DNA of 64,000 nucleotides, taken from NCBI GenBank assembly GCA_963798465.1, contig CAWCTC010000001.1, forward strand, positions 390,970 to 454,969. Reading direction: 5' to 3'. The position numbers and the translations under genes were made by a program. Positions 1 through 11,223 of this stretch are shown here, one piece after another (position 1 is the stretch's first letter; each line of letters begins with the position of its first letter). Origin of the DNA: an uncultured bacterium. Lineage in GTDB: Bacteria > Patescibacteriota > Minisyncoccia > Phycocordibacterales > GWA1-40-21. The notes below the pieces were generated by a model. It ran no database searches. It was not told where the DNA came from and saw only the letters and a program-made list of their open reading frames with translations.

Positions 1-180
1 CCGAGCGGAAAAATGAAAAAACCGCAAGGAGAACAAGCTGTCATTGATTTGATTCTTGGAAAAATTAAACCTGGAGATTTGGATGCTTGGAAAAAGATTA
101 TGAAAAAAGCTGCAGATGGACTTGAGTCTATTGTGGTGGATGGAAGAGATGTTGCGACAGGGAAGATAAATAGTCTTTAA
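1..180 (+). CDS. 3' end of an unidentified CDS running off the window start (...AVIDLILGKIKPGDLDAWKKIMKKAADGLESIVVDGRDVATGKINSL*)
   Basis: Open frame 1 from the window edge to TAA at 178-180; convergent with rpsA; followed by a shared terminator hairpin. Confidence 0.3.
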   Translation, partial: PSGKMKKPQGEQAVIDLILGKIKPGDLDAWKKIMKKAADGLESIVVDGRDVATGKINSL

Positions 181-234
181 AAAAAGTTTCAAGTTTAAAA
201 GTTATAAAGTAAAAGAAAATTTACAAATACAAAA

Positions 235-266
235 GAGCGGCGCCTTTGGCGCCGCTCTTTTTGATT
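235..266. terminator. Bidirectional rho-independent terminator (GAGCGGCGCC-tttg-GGCGCCGCTC + T-run)
   Basis: Perfect 10-bp GC stem with 4-nt loop flanked by A-run/T-run; a near-identical hairpin recurs at 63935-63957. Confidence 0.75.
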
Positions 267-423
267 TTGAATTTACTTTATATAACTTTCAGTCTAAAAT
301 TTTAATTTCTATTCTGGAAATAAAATCTTTGGACACGATTTTTGTAGGGCGACTTATTTTTCTTATTAGCGTAGCTATTAGAAAAATAGAAGTACTCTTG
401 TGGTGCAAAAATCGACTTTTAAA

Positions 424-1548
424 CTACTTTACGAAATTAAGTCCCATCTTCTGATTCTTTGGTTCAAAAACATTGATTTTGAAAGTGTAGCTTTTGCCCA
501 AGCTTATTTTTTCTTTCATAACCGCTTCTGAGCCGAAATCTGAAATGTGAACCAATCCTGAAACTCCTTCTTCGATGCTTGCAAGAGCTCCGTATTTGTT
601 GAATTTGATTATGACGGCTTTCACTTCGTCGCCTTTTTTATATTTCTTTTCTGCTTCAAGCCAAGGATTTGGTTTCAAAGCTTTTATTGACAATGAAACT
701 TTTCCGTCTTTGACATCGATAACTTTTACATTTACTTTGTCGCCGATTTTAAACATTGTTTTTGGATCTTCAACTAAAGCCCAGTCTATTTCTGAAATAT
801 GAACGAGACCTTCTAGTCCATCTTCAAGTTTTACGAATACTCCGAAGTCGACAGCACCGGTGATTTCACCAGAAAGCACATCTCCGATTTTATATTTATC
901 GGCTTTTTTCTGATTTTCTTTTTTCTCAAGATTCTTTTCTGAGAAAATAAGTTTTCCTTCTTTTGGAACTGCCGTGATTATCGCAACAGAAATTTTCTGT
1001 CCGACAAGTTTTTTAAGTTCGTCGAAAATTTTATCTTTATCTCCGTCTTCAACTTTTGGATAGTGTTCTGATTTCAATTGTGAAGCTGGAAGAAATCCAA
1101 CGATACCTTGCCAAGAGAGAATAAGTCCTCCTTTGTTTGCTTCTTGAACTGGAATTTCAAATATTGTTTTATCTTTGATTGCTTTTTCTGCTTCATCCCA
1201 GATGAGAGCCTGTCTTGCTTCTTTCAAAGAAAGTTCAACATAGCCGTCTCTATTTATATGGTCTACTATTTTTGCAGAAACGACGTCCCCGATATTTAAT
1301 TTCTTGATGACATCTCTTGCTGTGATAAATTCTTTTCCGTAAATGATACCTGTTCCGAACGGTTGCAAATCAACGTAAACTTTTGATTTTTCAATTCCGA
1401 TAACTTTTCCTTCAATAACTTCTCCAGCCATTGGCGGATTTTTTGTGTCATTGAAAAACTTAGCCATCAAACTGTTGTTTTTGGCTTTTGTCTTTTCGTC
1501 TTCAACTTTAACTGTTTTTTCTTCTCGCCCGTTCAAATTTTTTGTCAT
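424..1548 (-). CDS. rpsA: 30S ribosomal protein S1 (multiple S1 RNA-binding domains)
   Basis: 374-aa product with repeated S1-domain signature (GxVxGxVxxIxxxGxFVxL, VHISE...); no SD. Confidence 0.9.
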   Translation of the reverse strand: MTKNLNGREEKTVKVEDEKTKAKNNSLMAKFFNDTKNPPMAGEVIEGKVIGIEKSKVYVDLQPFGTGIIYGKEFITARDVIKKLNIGDVVSAKIVDHINRDGYVELSLKEARQALIWDEAEKAIKDKTIFEIPVQEANKGGLILSWQGIVGFLPASQLKSEHYPKVEDGDKDKIFDELKKLVGQKISVAIITAVPKEGKLIFSEKNLEKKENQKKADKYKIGDVLSGEITGAVDFGVFVKLEDGLEGLVHISEIDWALVEDPKTMFKIGDKVNVKVIDVKDGKVSLSIKALKPNPWLEAEKKYKKGDEVKAVIIKFNKYGALASIEEGVSGLVHISDFGSEAVMKEKISLGKSYTFKINVFEPKNQKMGLNFVK

Positions 1549-1807
1549 AATAACTTTTTATTTTAGATATTGATATAATTTACACAAGACTGGTAATATT
1601 TCAGAACAAAATTTTTTTCAAAAAACTTGTTCGGGTAAACCATTTTTAATGTATAAAAAAACCGGCACTGATAAACCTTAATAATGTTTATCCGCTCCAT
1701 CAAGGATGGAACAAAAAGTTTTATACGCATTCGCGCCGCATAAGGTTAGCTTTTTGTGCAACTAATCTAACAGGAAAGAGAATAGCATATATAGTATAAA
1801 ATTAAAA

Positions 1808-1842
1808 GGCGGGTTTTCGGCTTTGCCGAAAACCCGCCATTG
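1808..1842. terminator. Stem-loop GGCGGGTTTTCGG-cttt-GCCGAAAACCCGCC in the rpsA upstream region
   Basis: 13-bp inverted repeat; same family as the hairpin at 32182-32220; T-run on the minus-strand side. Confidence 0.45.
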
Positions 1843-2018
1843 AAATAATTATTGCGATTTGTCTTATATTTGATATACTTCATCCGTTAAAGTTTTTGTT
1901 GACGTGTTGAAAATGAGAAGTAACAGACACCTCTTTTTAAAAGGATGGGTTTGTATTAAAAATATACTATATCATTTAACATCAACACATTTTCATCAAC
2001 AAAAATTTTCTCGGATAA

Positions 2019-2654
2019 ATGATTATAACTTACCAAGGAGTGGAATTTTTTAAAGTTCAGTTTGGCGATACCACTATCGCTTTTAATCCTATTTCCAAAG
2101 ATTCGAAATTCAAGCCGACAAGATTTTTTGCCGACATAGCTCTCGTCAGCATAAATAATCCCGATATGAATGGCACGGAAAATCTTTCTTACAGCGGAAA
2201 AGATCCTTTCGTGATTTCCGGTCCTGGAGAATATGAAATCAAAGATGTATTCATCAAAGGCTTCGCTTCAAAATCAAATTATGGCGGAAAAGAAAGAATA
2301 AATACTATTTATTCTGTCACTCTTGAAAATATGAATATTTGTTTTCTTGGCGCGCTGTCGGATATAAATCTTTCAAAAGAAGTCAAAGAAGAATTGGGAG
2401 ATGTTGATATTCTTTTTGTTCCGATTGGAGACGAAGGCGTTCTCGATGCCGCAAAAGCTGAAAAACTTTCAGTTGAGATTGAGCCAAAAATAATAATCCC
2501 GATGCACTTCGGAGATGTCGGAGTGAAAGATGCCCTGAAAAAATATTTGAAGGAAGCCGGAGAAGAAAGCATAAAGCCGATAGACAAGCTGACTTTGAAG
2601 AAAAAAGATTTGGAAGGGAAAATGGGAGATGTTGTTGTTCTTTCAGTTGCCTAA
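2019..2654 (+). CDS. Metallo-beta-lactamase-fold metal-dependent hydrolase (UPF0173-like)
   Basis: 211 aa; N-terminus MIITYQG..FKVQFGDTTIAFNP and PMHFGD motif typical of small MBL-fold hydrolases. Confidence 0.65.
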   Translation: MIITYQGVEFFKVQFGDTTIAFNPISKDSKFKPTRFFADIALVSINNPDMNGTENLSYSGKDPFVISGPGEYEIKDVFIKGFASKSNYGGKERINTIYSVTLENMNICFLGALSDINLSKEVKEELGDVDILFVPIGDEGVLDAAKAEKLSVEIEPKIIIPMHFGDVGVKDALKKYLKEAGEESIKPIDKLTLKKKDLEGKMGDVVVLSVA

Positions 2655-2735
2655 GGCGTCATTGCGAGCGTAGCGAAGCAATCTAGGTTTGCATAAAATT
2701 AATTCTGGTTTGCTTCGCTTCGCTCGCAAAGACAA
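2655..2735. repeat. Palindromic intergenic element, copy A (arms about TGTCWTTGCGAGCGWAGCGAAGCAATC)
   Basis: About 27-bp imperfect inverted arms separated by about 28 bp, starting 1 nt after the stop codon; four copies in the window (2655, 3206, 24989, 33573). Confidence 0.8.
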
Positions 2736-2810
2736 AAATAAAAATGAGATTCTAGACAAAATTTGTCCTGTTAAAAGTTCATTTAAATAAGGGTTAATTT
2801 CAATATACAA

Positions 2811-3203
2811 TTGATGAATCAGGAAAAAGAAAAAAATAAAAATATTTTCGGTAAAACTTTGTACAGGATAAAAAAGTGGTCTGCCGAAAAGAAAAGGATT
2901 TTTGCATTGTGCATGGCGATTTTTTTGACAATATTGGTTCTAGTTCTTAATTCTGCAATTAGTTCATTGTGGAAAGGAAAGATAACAAACAAATATGTCG
3001 ATAATTCGCCGTTCACTTCAATCAAAGAATCATTTTCAGAAATGTTCAGCAAGGAAAATCCGATATTGATGCAAGCTTTGAGCAGTTCGACGCAGGCGAT
3101 AAATCAGACGAGCTCGCAATCTTCAAGTTCAAGCGCGACATCATCAGATCAGATGAATTCAGCATCATCAAGTTTAAGTTCGTCGACAAATGTAGTAGAA
3201 TAA
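2811..3203 (+). CDS. Hypothetical membrane-anchored protein with a Ser-rich C-terminus
   Basis: 130-aa ORF, one predicted TM helix, low-complexity S/T tail. Confidence 0.45.
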   Translation: MMNQEKEKNKNIFGKTLYRIKKWSAEKKRIFALCMAIFLTILVLVLNSAISSLWKGKITNKYVDNSPFTSIKESFSEMFSKENPILMQALSSSTQAINQTSSQSSSSSATSSDQMNSASSSLSSSTNVVE

Positions 3204-3205
3204 AA

Positions 3206-3285
3206 AGACGTCATTGCGAGTGAAGCGAAGCAATCCAGAAAAAATTAAATTTAATCTAGATTACTTCGCTACGCTCGTAAAGACA
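3206..3285. repeat. Palindromic intergenic element, copy B
   Basis: GACGTCATTGCGAGTGAAGCGAAGCAATCC ... GATTACTTCGCTACGCTCGTAAAGACA; inverted arms; starts right after the stop at 3203. Confidence 0.8.
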
Positions 3286-3303
3286 AAATAAAATAATAAT
3301 CAT

Positions 3304-5757
<2,454 letters not shown>

Positions 5758-5803
5758 TGTTATAATTTAGAAGTGAGTTTTAATAATTAATTAATAAAAA
5801 TAT

Positions 5804-6064
5804 ATGGATGACTCAAACGTGCAACATGCTTTGGAAGACGAAGTAATAATGCCTGGAAAATCCGCCATTGCAAGATTGGAATCTGGAGATTTCATAATGC
5901 TTAATTTCAATAAAGAATTAACGGTTGAAGAAATTGAAAAGCAGATAAAAGAATTAGGAATGGAGTTGCCGACAGAGGAAGAAGTAAAGAAAGTCAGAGA
6001 AGGAGTTGAGTCAGGTAAAATAAAAATTGAAGAGGAAGATGTGTTTGTAGAAGAGGATAAATAA
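5804..6064 (+). CDS. Hypothetical small acidic protein
   Basis: 86-aa ORF followed by a strong terminator. Confidence 0.45.
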   Translation: MDDSNVQHALEDEVIMPGKSAIARLESGDFIMLNFNKELTVEEIEKQIKELGMELPTEEEVKKVREGVESGKIKIEEEDVFVEEDK

Positions 6065-6068
6065 AATT

Positions 6069-6108
6069 ACAGGGCGGCTACGAAAGTAGCCGCCCTGTAA
6101 TTTTGTTG
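6069..6108 (+). terminator. Rho-independent terminator (ACAGGGCGGCTAC-gaaa-GTAGCCGCCCTGT + T-run)
   Basis: 13-bp perfect stem, GNRA-like loop, then aattttgttg. Confidence 0.8.
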
Positions 6109-6160
6109 ATTATCCACTAGCGATATTTTTTTTCTAAGGTTATAATATACCAATAAAAAC

Positions 6161-6688
6161 ATGTTTTCAGATCCTGAAAAAAATATCGAGCAATTTGACT
6201 TGGGCAGCGGCAATTATGTTGCGGATTTTGGAGCCGGTTCTGGTTTTTATTCTTTTTCTGCGGCAGAAGCTGTTGGAAATAGCGGAAGAGTTTATGCCGT
6301 TGATGTTCAAAAGGATTTGCTTGAAAGATTAAAAACCGAAGCGAGAAATATAAGACATTTGAATAATATAGAAATCATTTGGGCAGATTTAGAACATTTG
6401 GGCGGAACACGTTTGAGAGAAAATTCTATGGATGCTGTAATTGTTGCAAATGTTTTTTTTCAGTTGGAAAATAAAGATAATGCCTGTTTGGAAATAAAAA
6501 GAATATTAAAACCCGGAGGCAGAGTTCTTTTTGTAGATTGGGCGAGCTCATTTGGTGGCATCGGTCCGCAGTCACAGCATGTGTTTGACGAAGATATGGC
6601 AAAAAAACTTTTTGAAAAACATGGATTCAAAGAAGACAGGGCAATAGGTGCCGGCGCACAGCATTATGGAATAATTTTTAGGAAATAA
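6161..6688 (+). CDS. Class I SAM-dependent methyltransferase
   Basis: DFGAGSGFYS glycine-rich SAM motif I, acidic motif II (VYAVD), KPGGRVLFVDW. Confidence 0.7.
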   Translation: MFSDPEKNIEQFDLGSGNYVADFGAGSGFYSFSAAEAVGNSGRVYAVDVQKDLLERLKTEARNIRHLNNIEIIWADLEHLGGTRLRENSMDAVIVANVFFQLENKDNACLEIKRILKPGGRVLFVDWASSFGGIGPQSQHVFDEDMAKKLFEKHGFKEDRAIGAGAQHYGIIFRK

Positions 6689-6697
6689 TTTTTTAAA

Positions 6698-7999
6698 ATG
6701 AATCAAAACTCAAACAAATTCAAATTGATATTCATGGTTGTTTTTGGATTTTTTATACTTCTCGGCGTAGTTGCTTTTTCCACTTACAAGGGAAGCAGCA
6801 GTTCAAGCAATCTGACTCAAATTTCAATCTGGGGAACTGTAGACCAGACATTATTTAATAATTATATTTCAAAATATAAGCAGGATACCGGCACTGATTT
6901 GAAAATAACTTATACGGAAAAAAGTTTGGACTCTATAGACGGAGATTTAGTCGAAGCGATGGCAACTGGAAAAGCACCAGATGCAATTTTGATTCCGCAA
7001 GAACTTGAAGACAGATATTTGGATAAAGTTTATATGATTACTTCAATTCCTCAAAGAACTTTTGAAGATACATTTGTCCAGGAAGCCGAATTGTACATAC
7101 AGCCGAATGGCATTTTTGGTTTACCATTTTTTGTCGACCCTATGGTCATGTATTGGAATCAGGATTTATTTTCTAGCGCGGCTATAGCTCTTCCACCAAC
7201 GGAATGGGCGCAGTTTCCTTCACTGGCAAGCAAACTTTCAGAAAGCGATAATAATGCAAACATAATAAAAAGCGCAGCTTCATTTGGAGAATTTGAAAAT
7301 GTCGACAATGCCAAAGCTCTTTTGAGCACAATGATAATGCAAGCCGGCAGTCCGATAGTTTCAGCAGATAGCCAAGGAAATCTTGCATCAGCCTTGGATG
7401 AAAAATCTGCAACAGATGTTATGGTTCCGGCAGAATTGGCTTTGCAATTCTTTACGGGTTATTCCAATCCTAAAAATTCCGTATATTCTTGGAATATATC
7501 ATTGCCTTCTTCAAAAGAATCATTCCTGGCTGAAACTCTGGCAACATATTTTGGTTTCGGTTCTGAATACAGCGATATTCAGGAAAAAAATCCAAATCTT
7601 AATTTTGATGTCGCGATGGTTCCTCAGACAGCGGATGCAACTGCAAAAGTCACTTTTGGAGAGCTTTATGGTTTTGCAATTTTAAAAACATCGCCGAATA
7701 TAAGTCAGGCGCTCAATACTCTTTTGACATTGGTCAGTGCCAATTCAGTTTCTGAATTTTTGCAATTGGATTATGTTGCTCCGGCCAGAAAAGATTTGCT
7801 ATCCGCCGGTTCACAAGACCCGATAAAAACGGTAATATATAACTCAGCGCTTATTTCAAAAGGTTGGATTGATCCAGATTATCAAAAGACCAGCCAAATA
7901 TTCCAAGATATGGTTGAGAATGTAACAACGGGCAGAGACACAGTTGAAGATTCTGTTTCAAATGCCAGCGACCAGTTGAACAGTTTATTTCTGCAATAA
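6698..7999 (+). CDS. Extracellular solute-binding protein (ABC-type, family 1-like), N-terminal membrane anchor; orphan (no permease/ATPase adjacent)
   Basis: 433 aa, N-terminal TM, SBP-like length and composition; no transporter partners within the window. Confidence 0.5.
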   Translation: MNQNSNKFKLIFMVVFGFFILLGVVAFSTYKGSSSSSNLTQISIWGTVDQTLFNNYISKYKQDTGTDLKITYTEKSLDSIDGDLVEAMATGKAPDAILIPQELEDRYLDKVYMITSIPQRTFEDTFVQEAELYIQPNGIFGLPFFVDPMVMYWNQDLFSSAAIALPPTEWAQFPSLASKLSESDNNANIIKSAASFGEFENVDNAKALLSTMIMQAGSPIVSADSQGNLASALDEKSATDVMVPAELALQFFTGYSNPKNSVYSWNISLPSSKESFLAETLATYFGFGSEYSDIQEKNPNLNFDVAMVPQTADATAKVTFGELYGFAILKTSPNISQALNTLLTLVSANSVSEFLQLDYVAPARKDLLSAGSQDPIKTVIYNSALISKGWIDPDYQKTSQIFQDMVENVTTGRDTVEDSVSNASDQLNSLFLQ

Positions 8000-8016
8000 T
8001 AATTATTAATTTAAAT

Positions 8017-8490
8017 ATGATTAAAATGAAAAAAATAACAAAAATATTAATCGGCGCTATAGTTTTTATTTTTATTTTATCTTTTTCATCAATGGTATTT
8101 GCCGATACTCCAGGCGTTTGTAGCGATACTGATAGTTCTTTGTATTCAAATGTTAACACCACCACTGGTTCACAATTTTGGCCAATAGTTCAATGCGGAA
8201 ATGCAGGCGAACATTGCTGTGATTTTACCGAGTTTGCCATCATGATAAATAGGATAATTAATTGGTTTATTTCCATATCCGTATCCGTCGCTGCAATCAC
8301 TTTTTCAATAGCCGGCGCAAATATGCTATTGCATCCGGATAATGCGGGCGAAAGGGAAAAAGCAAAAAGCATGTTTATAAAAACCATTATCGGAATGCTT
8401 ATCGTTCTTGGAGCTTGGCTTATAATTCATACGATAATAACTTCTCTTGTCAGCAGCAGCACTAACGCCTTGCGTTTTTTGAACGGTTGA
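8017..8490 (+). CDS. TrbC/VirB2-like pilin-family protein 1 (signal peptide + Cys-rich region + two C-terminal TM helices)
   Basis: Signal peptide ...SSMVFA; motif ...EREKAKSMFIKTIIGMLIVLGAWLIIHTI; first of five tandem paralogs. Confidence 0.55.
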   Translation: MIKMKKITKILIGAIVFIFILSFSSMVFADTPGVCSDTDSSLYSNVNTTTGSQFWPIVQCGNAGEHCCDFTEFAIMINRIINWFISISVSVAAITFSIAGANMLLHPDNAGEREKAKSMFIKTIIGMLIVLGAWLIIHTIITSLVSSSTNALRFLNG

Positions 8491-8517
8491 TTTATTAATA
8501 AATAATAAAATAAAATT

Positions 8518-8859
8518 ATGAAAAAGGTTTTCTTTAAAATTTTACCCACACTGCTCGCATTCTTTGCAATTGTTTTTCCTGCATTGGCTTTTGCGCAGAT
8601 AACAAATCCTCTTGGAAGCAATACCAGCATTCCAGAATTCATTTCCCAAGTTTTAGGCGATGTTGTAAAAGTCGGAGGAGTAATCGCAGTTTTTGCTTTT
8701 ATATGGGCTGGATATCTTTTTGTTCAGGCACAAGGAAGGCCGACTGAACTTCAAAAGGCAAAAGATACATTTATTTATACTTGTATAGGTGTTGCAGTCC
8801 TTTTAGGAGCTCAACTCATAGCGAGTATAATAGTCGGCACCTTGAATAGCTTAAAATAA
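8518..8859 (+). CDS. TrbC/VirB2-like pilin-family protein 2
   Basis: Signal peptide LAFFAIVFPALAFAQ; two hydrophobic helices separated by QAQGRPTELQKAKDTF; classic VirB2/TrbC architecture. Confidence 0.6.
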   Translation: MKKVFFKILPTLLAFFAIVFPALAFAQITNPLGSNTSIPEFISQVLGDVVKVGGVIAVFAFIWAGYLFVQAQGRPTELQKAKDTFIYTCIGVAVLLGAQLIASIIVGTLNSLK

Positions 8860-8862
8860 TTT

Positions 8863-9441
8863 ATGAAAAAAATAAAAATCATATCATTTTTTTTGGTTTC
8901 CATTTTTGTGGCGATTGCTTTGATTTCACCGAATATTTCTTTAGCTGTTTGGTGGAATCCAGCTACCTGGGGTGGTAATACAAGTAATGGTGGTTTTACA
9001 GGTTTTGGCGGGGGTTCTAGCGGTGGTGGAGGAGCTAGTGGTGGAGTCTCTAATACCACACAAAGCGGATCATCTAACATTCCGATAAGTAATACGTCAC
9101 TCGGTGGAGATGCTGTTAGTTCAGTTAATACTTCAACTGGATGCGGTTCTAGCATAACCGATTTAAAAAGTCTTATCTCATATTTCATAAGTTGTTTGCT
9201 TGCTCCGCTCGTCTACTTGATTATAGGCCTTGCGATATTTATTTTTATTTTTGGGATTTTTAAAATGATAACTTCAGAAAGTCCGGAAGAAAAACAAAAG
9301 GGAAGAGATCTCATGTTTTGGGGTATCATAGGCATCTTTGTCATGATTTCTCTTTGGGGTCTTGTAAGTATTCTTCAGAATACTTTTGTTTTAAGTAATA
9401 TCTCTATAAATCCCCGCCAAGTAACCATACCGAATTTGTAG
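8863..9441 (+). CDS. TrbC/VirB2-like pilin-family protein 3 with Gly/Ser-rich linker
   Basis: Signal peptide, GGGSSGGGGASGG low-complexity region, then ...KQKGRDLMFWGIIGIFVMISLWGLVSIL motif shared with paralogs 4 and 5. Confidence 0.55.
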   Translation: MKKIKIISFFLVSIFVAIALISPNISLAVWWNPATWGGNTSNGGFTGFGGGSSGGGGASGGVSNTTQSGSSNIPISNTSLGGDAVSSVNTSTGCGSSITDLKSLISYFISCLLAPLVYLIIGLAIFIFIFGIFKMITSESPEEKQKGRDLMFWGIIGIFVMISLWGLVSILQNTFVLSNISINPRQVTIPNL

Positions 9442-9542
9442 ATAACCCCGCTTGCTTATTATTGGTGCAAGTTTTATAATTGTTTGGTAATAACGAATTG
9501 GTCGCTTTATTTATTAGGTTTTTTTATTAAAAATAATAATTT

Positions 9543-9911
9543 ATGTTCAAAAGAATTTTAGCCAGTGTTGCAGTCAGTGTTTTGCCTTTATCAGTTTTTG
9601 CTCAGGTTACTGCTCAGTATCAGGGTGGTAGCGGAGTTGGTGGACTGTTGAAATGGTTCAGTAATTTGTTAGGTTATGCTGTTCCAGTAATAATAGCTTT
9701 GGCTGTCGTTTGGTTTATATTCAGCATATTTATGTATGTTATAGCTAGCAATGAAGAAGGAAAGGCAAAAGCAAAAGGACAAATAATCTGGGGTATCGTA
9801 GGGTTATTCATTATTATTTCAGTTTGGGGTCTTGTTGGCATACTATCAAGTACTTTTAATTTAACTAACACAACTCCGACAAATCTTCCAACAGTTCCAG
9901 TACTTAATTAA
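9543..9911 (+). CDS. TrbC/VirB2-like pilin-family protein 4
   Basis: Signal peptide ...SVFAQ; KAKAKGQIIWGIVGLFIIISVWGLVGIL motif. Confidence 0.55.
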   Translation: MFKRILASVAVSVLPLSVFAQVTAQYQGGSGVGGLLKWFSNLLGYAVPVIIALAVVWFIFSIFMYVIASNEEGKAKAKGQIIWGIVGLFIIISVWGLVGILSSTFNLTNTTPTNLPTVPVLN

Positions 9912-9918
9912 AAATAAA

Positions 9919-10227
9919 ATGCTGGATTTCCTAGTCCAAAAAGCATACGCTGATACAACTACAAGTGGTAGTTCATCTAGCACAGCATTCAATACACTTC
10001 TCGGAAAAATATTGAATAATATTGCCAATCCTATCGTCTATTTGCTTATGGCAGGCGCGGTTATTTATTTTCTTTGGGGTATGTTCGTTTTTATTCAAAA
10101 TGCCGAGAATGCAGACAAAAGAACTGAAGGCTACCAGCACATGCTTTGGGGTATTATAGGAATATTCATAATGATATCCGCAAAAGGAATCATAAATATT
10201 ATTCTTTCAACAATAGGATTAGGTTAA
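9919..10227 (+). CDS. TrbC/VirB2-like pilin-family protein 5
   Basis: ADKRTEGYQHMLWGIIGIFIMISAKGIINIIL motif; two TM helices. Confidence 0.5.
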   Translation: MLDFLVQKAYADTTTSGSSSSTAFNTLLGKILNNIANPIVYLLMAGAVIYFLWGMFVFIQNAENADKRTEGYQHMLWGIIGIFIMISAKGIINIILSTIGLG

Positions 10228-10241
10228 ATATAAAAAATATA

Positions 10242-10278
10242 AAAAGCCGGTTCGTCTTACGAACCGGCTTTTTATATT
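10242..10278 (+). terminator. Rho-independent terminator after the pilin array (AAAGCCGGTTCG-tctta-CGAACCGGCTTT + T-run)
   Basis: 12-bp perfect stem followed by ttatatttc. Confidence 0.8.
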
Positions 10279-10339
10279 TCATAATATTTAACATTAAATG
10301 TCAAGTTAAAACTTGCTTAAAATAAGGGCTTATTGTATA

Positions 10340-10812
10340 CTTGTTTTCGCCTTTGTATCGGGTGACTGATGGTTATTTATAACTATAGGAAAGTCCGAAC
10401 ACTAGCGCTGAAAGGCGCAGAAGGGTAGCGGGTAACGCCCGTCCATAGCAATATGAGAGGTGCGAACAGTGACGCCGATGCCGAAAGGCTAGGATTCCTT
10501 CGGGAATAATTCCACCCAAAGGTGGAAGTGCAACGGCAAAATTCCTTACCTTAGTGCAAGGCCGTGCCTGGGCATCTCACATAGGTTCGATGCAGTCAAA
10601 AGTAGAAAGTCACAAAGTCTATAAAGTAATGCATAAGTATTTACTTTCGACTTTATGGACTTAGGACTTTATAGACTGGTCACCGAGCTTGTGCGAGGTG
10701 TCTGGGAGCGCCGCTTGAGCTAGACAGCAATGTTTGGCCCAGATAGATGGTTATCTTGTTGCAGTAATGCAGCAAACAGAATTCGGCTTATAGATATAAA
10801 GGTTATGGAGAG
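10340..10812 (+). ncRNA. rnpB: RNase P RNA, bacterial type A, with an AT-rich internal expansion (about 10590-10680); ends approximate
   Basis: P4 strands present: 5' AGGAAAGTCCGAACAC (10388-10403) and 3' ACAGAATTCGGCTTATAG (10785-10802); GGGTAACGCCCG (P10/11 region); GGTGCGAACAGTGACG / GAAAGGCT core-like segments; no ORF; followed by a terminator. Confidence 0.7.
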
Positions 10813-10840
10813 GGTGCACCGAAAGGTGCGCCCTTTTCTT
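10812..10840 (+). terminator. Rho-independent terminator (GGGTGCACC-gaaa-GGTGCGCCC + TTTTCTTT)
   Basis: GC stem with GAAA loop directly 3' of the rnpB candidate. Confidence 0.7.
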
Positions 10841-11223
10841 TCCCAGAACCCCGCCCGAAGCATCCCCTAGATAAGGGCATTTTCAGAACTTTGGAGGGCG
10901 GGGGTTAGAAAGTACTACCATGTTCACTAAACGTGATTTATATATATTCATGAGAATTAGTAATTAAATAGTATTCTCATGCTTTAAAAGGAAACCCCGG
11001 GCGCAGCGTAGCGGAGCCCGGGGAGGAGGTCATTCTTTTGTAAAAATATTTTTGTATTATTTTTTTTTGAATATAATAAAAAAACCTGTATAATGGAACG
11101 CATATTAAATTACTTGTCCCGTTGTAAATTACGAGACGAATCAATTGATTAAAACTGGTTAACGGAAGTATTAATATAATTAGAAGAAGTAAACATTAAT
11201 AGCTAAAAAATTTTACAACTGGG

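Noticed and set aside
1560-2018. 470-bp rpsA upstream region as a riboswitch or autoregulatory leader
   Set aside because: Only one clear hairpin (1808-1842) and no recognisable conserved leader motif; insufficient evidence beyond a long 5' UTR or promoter region.
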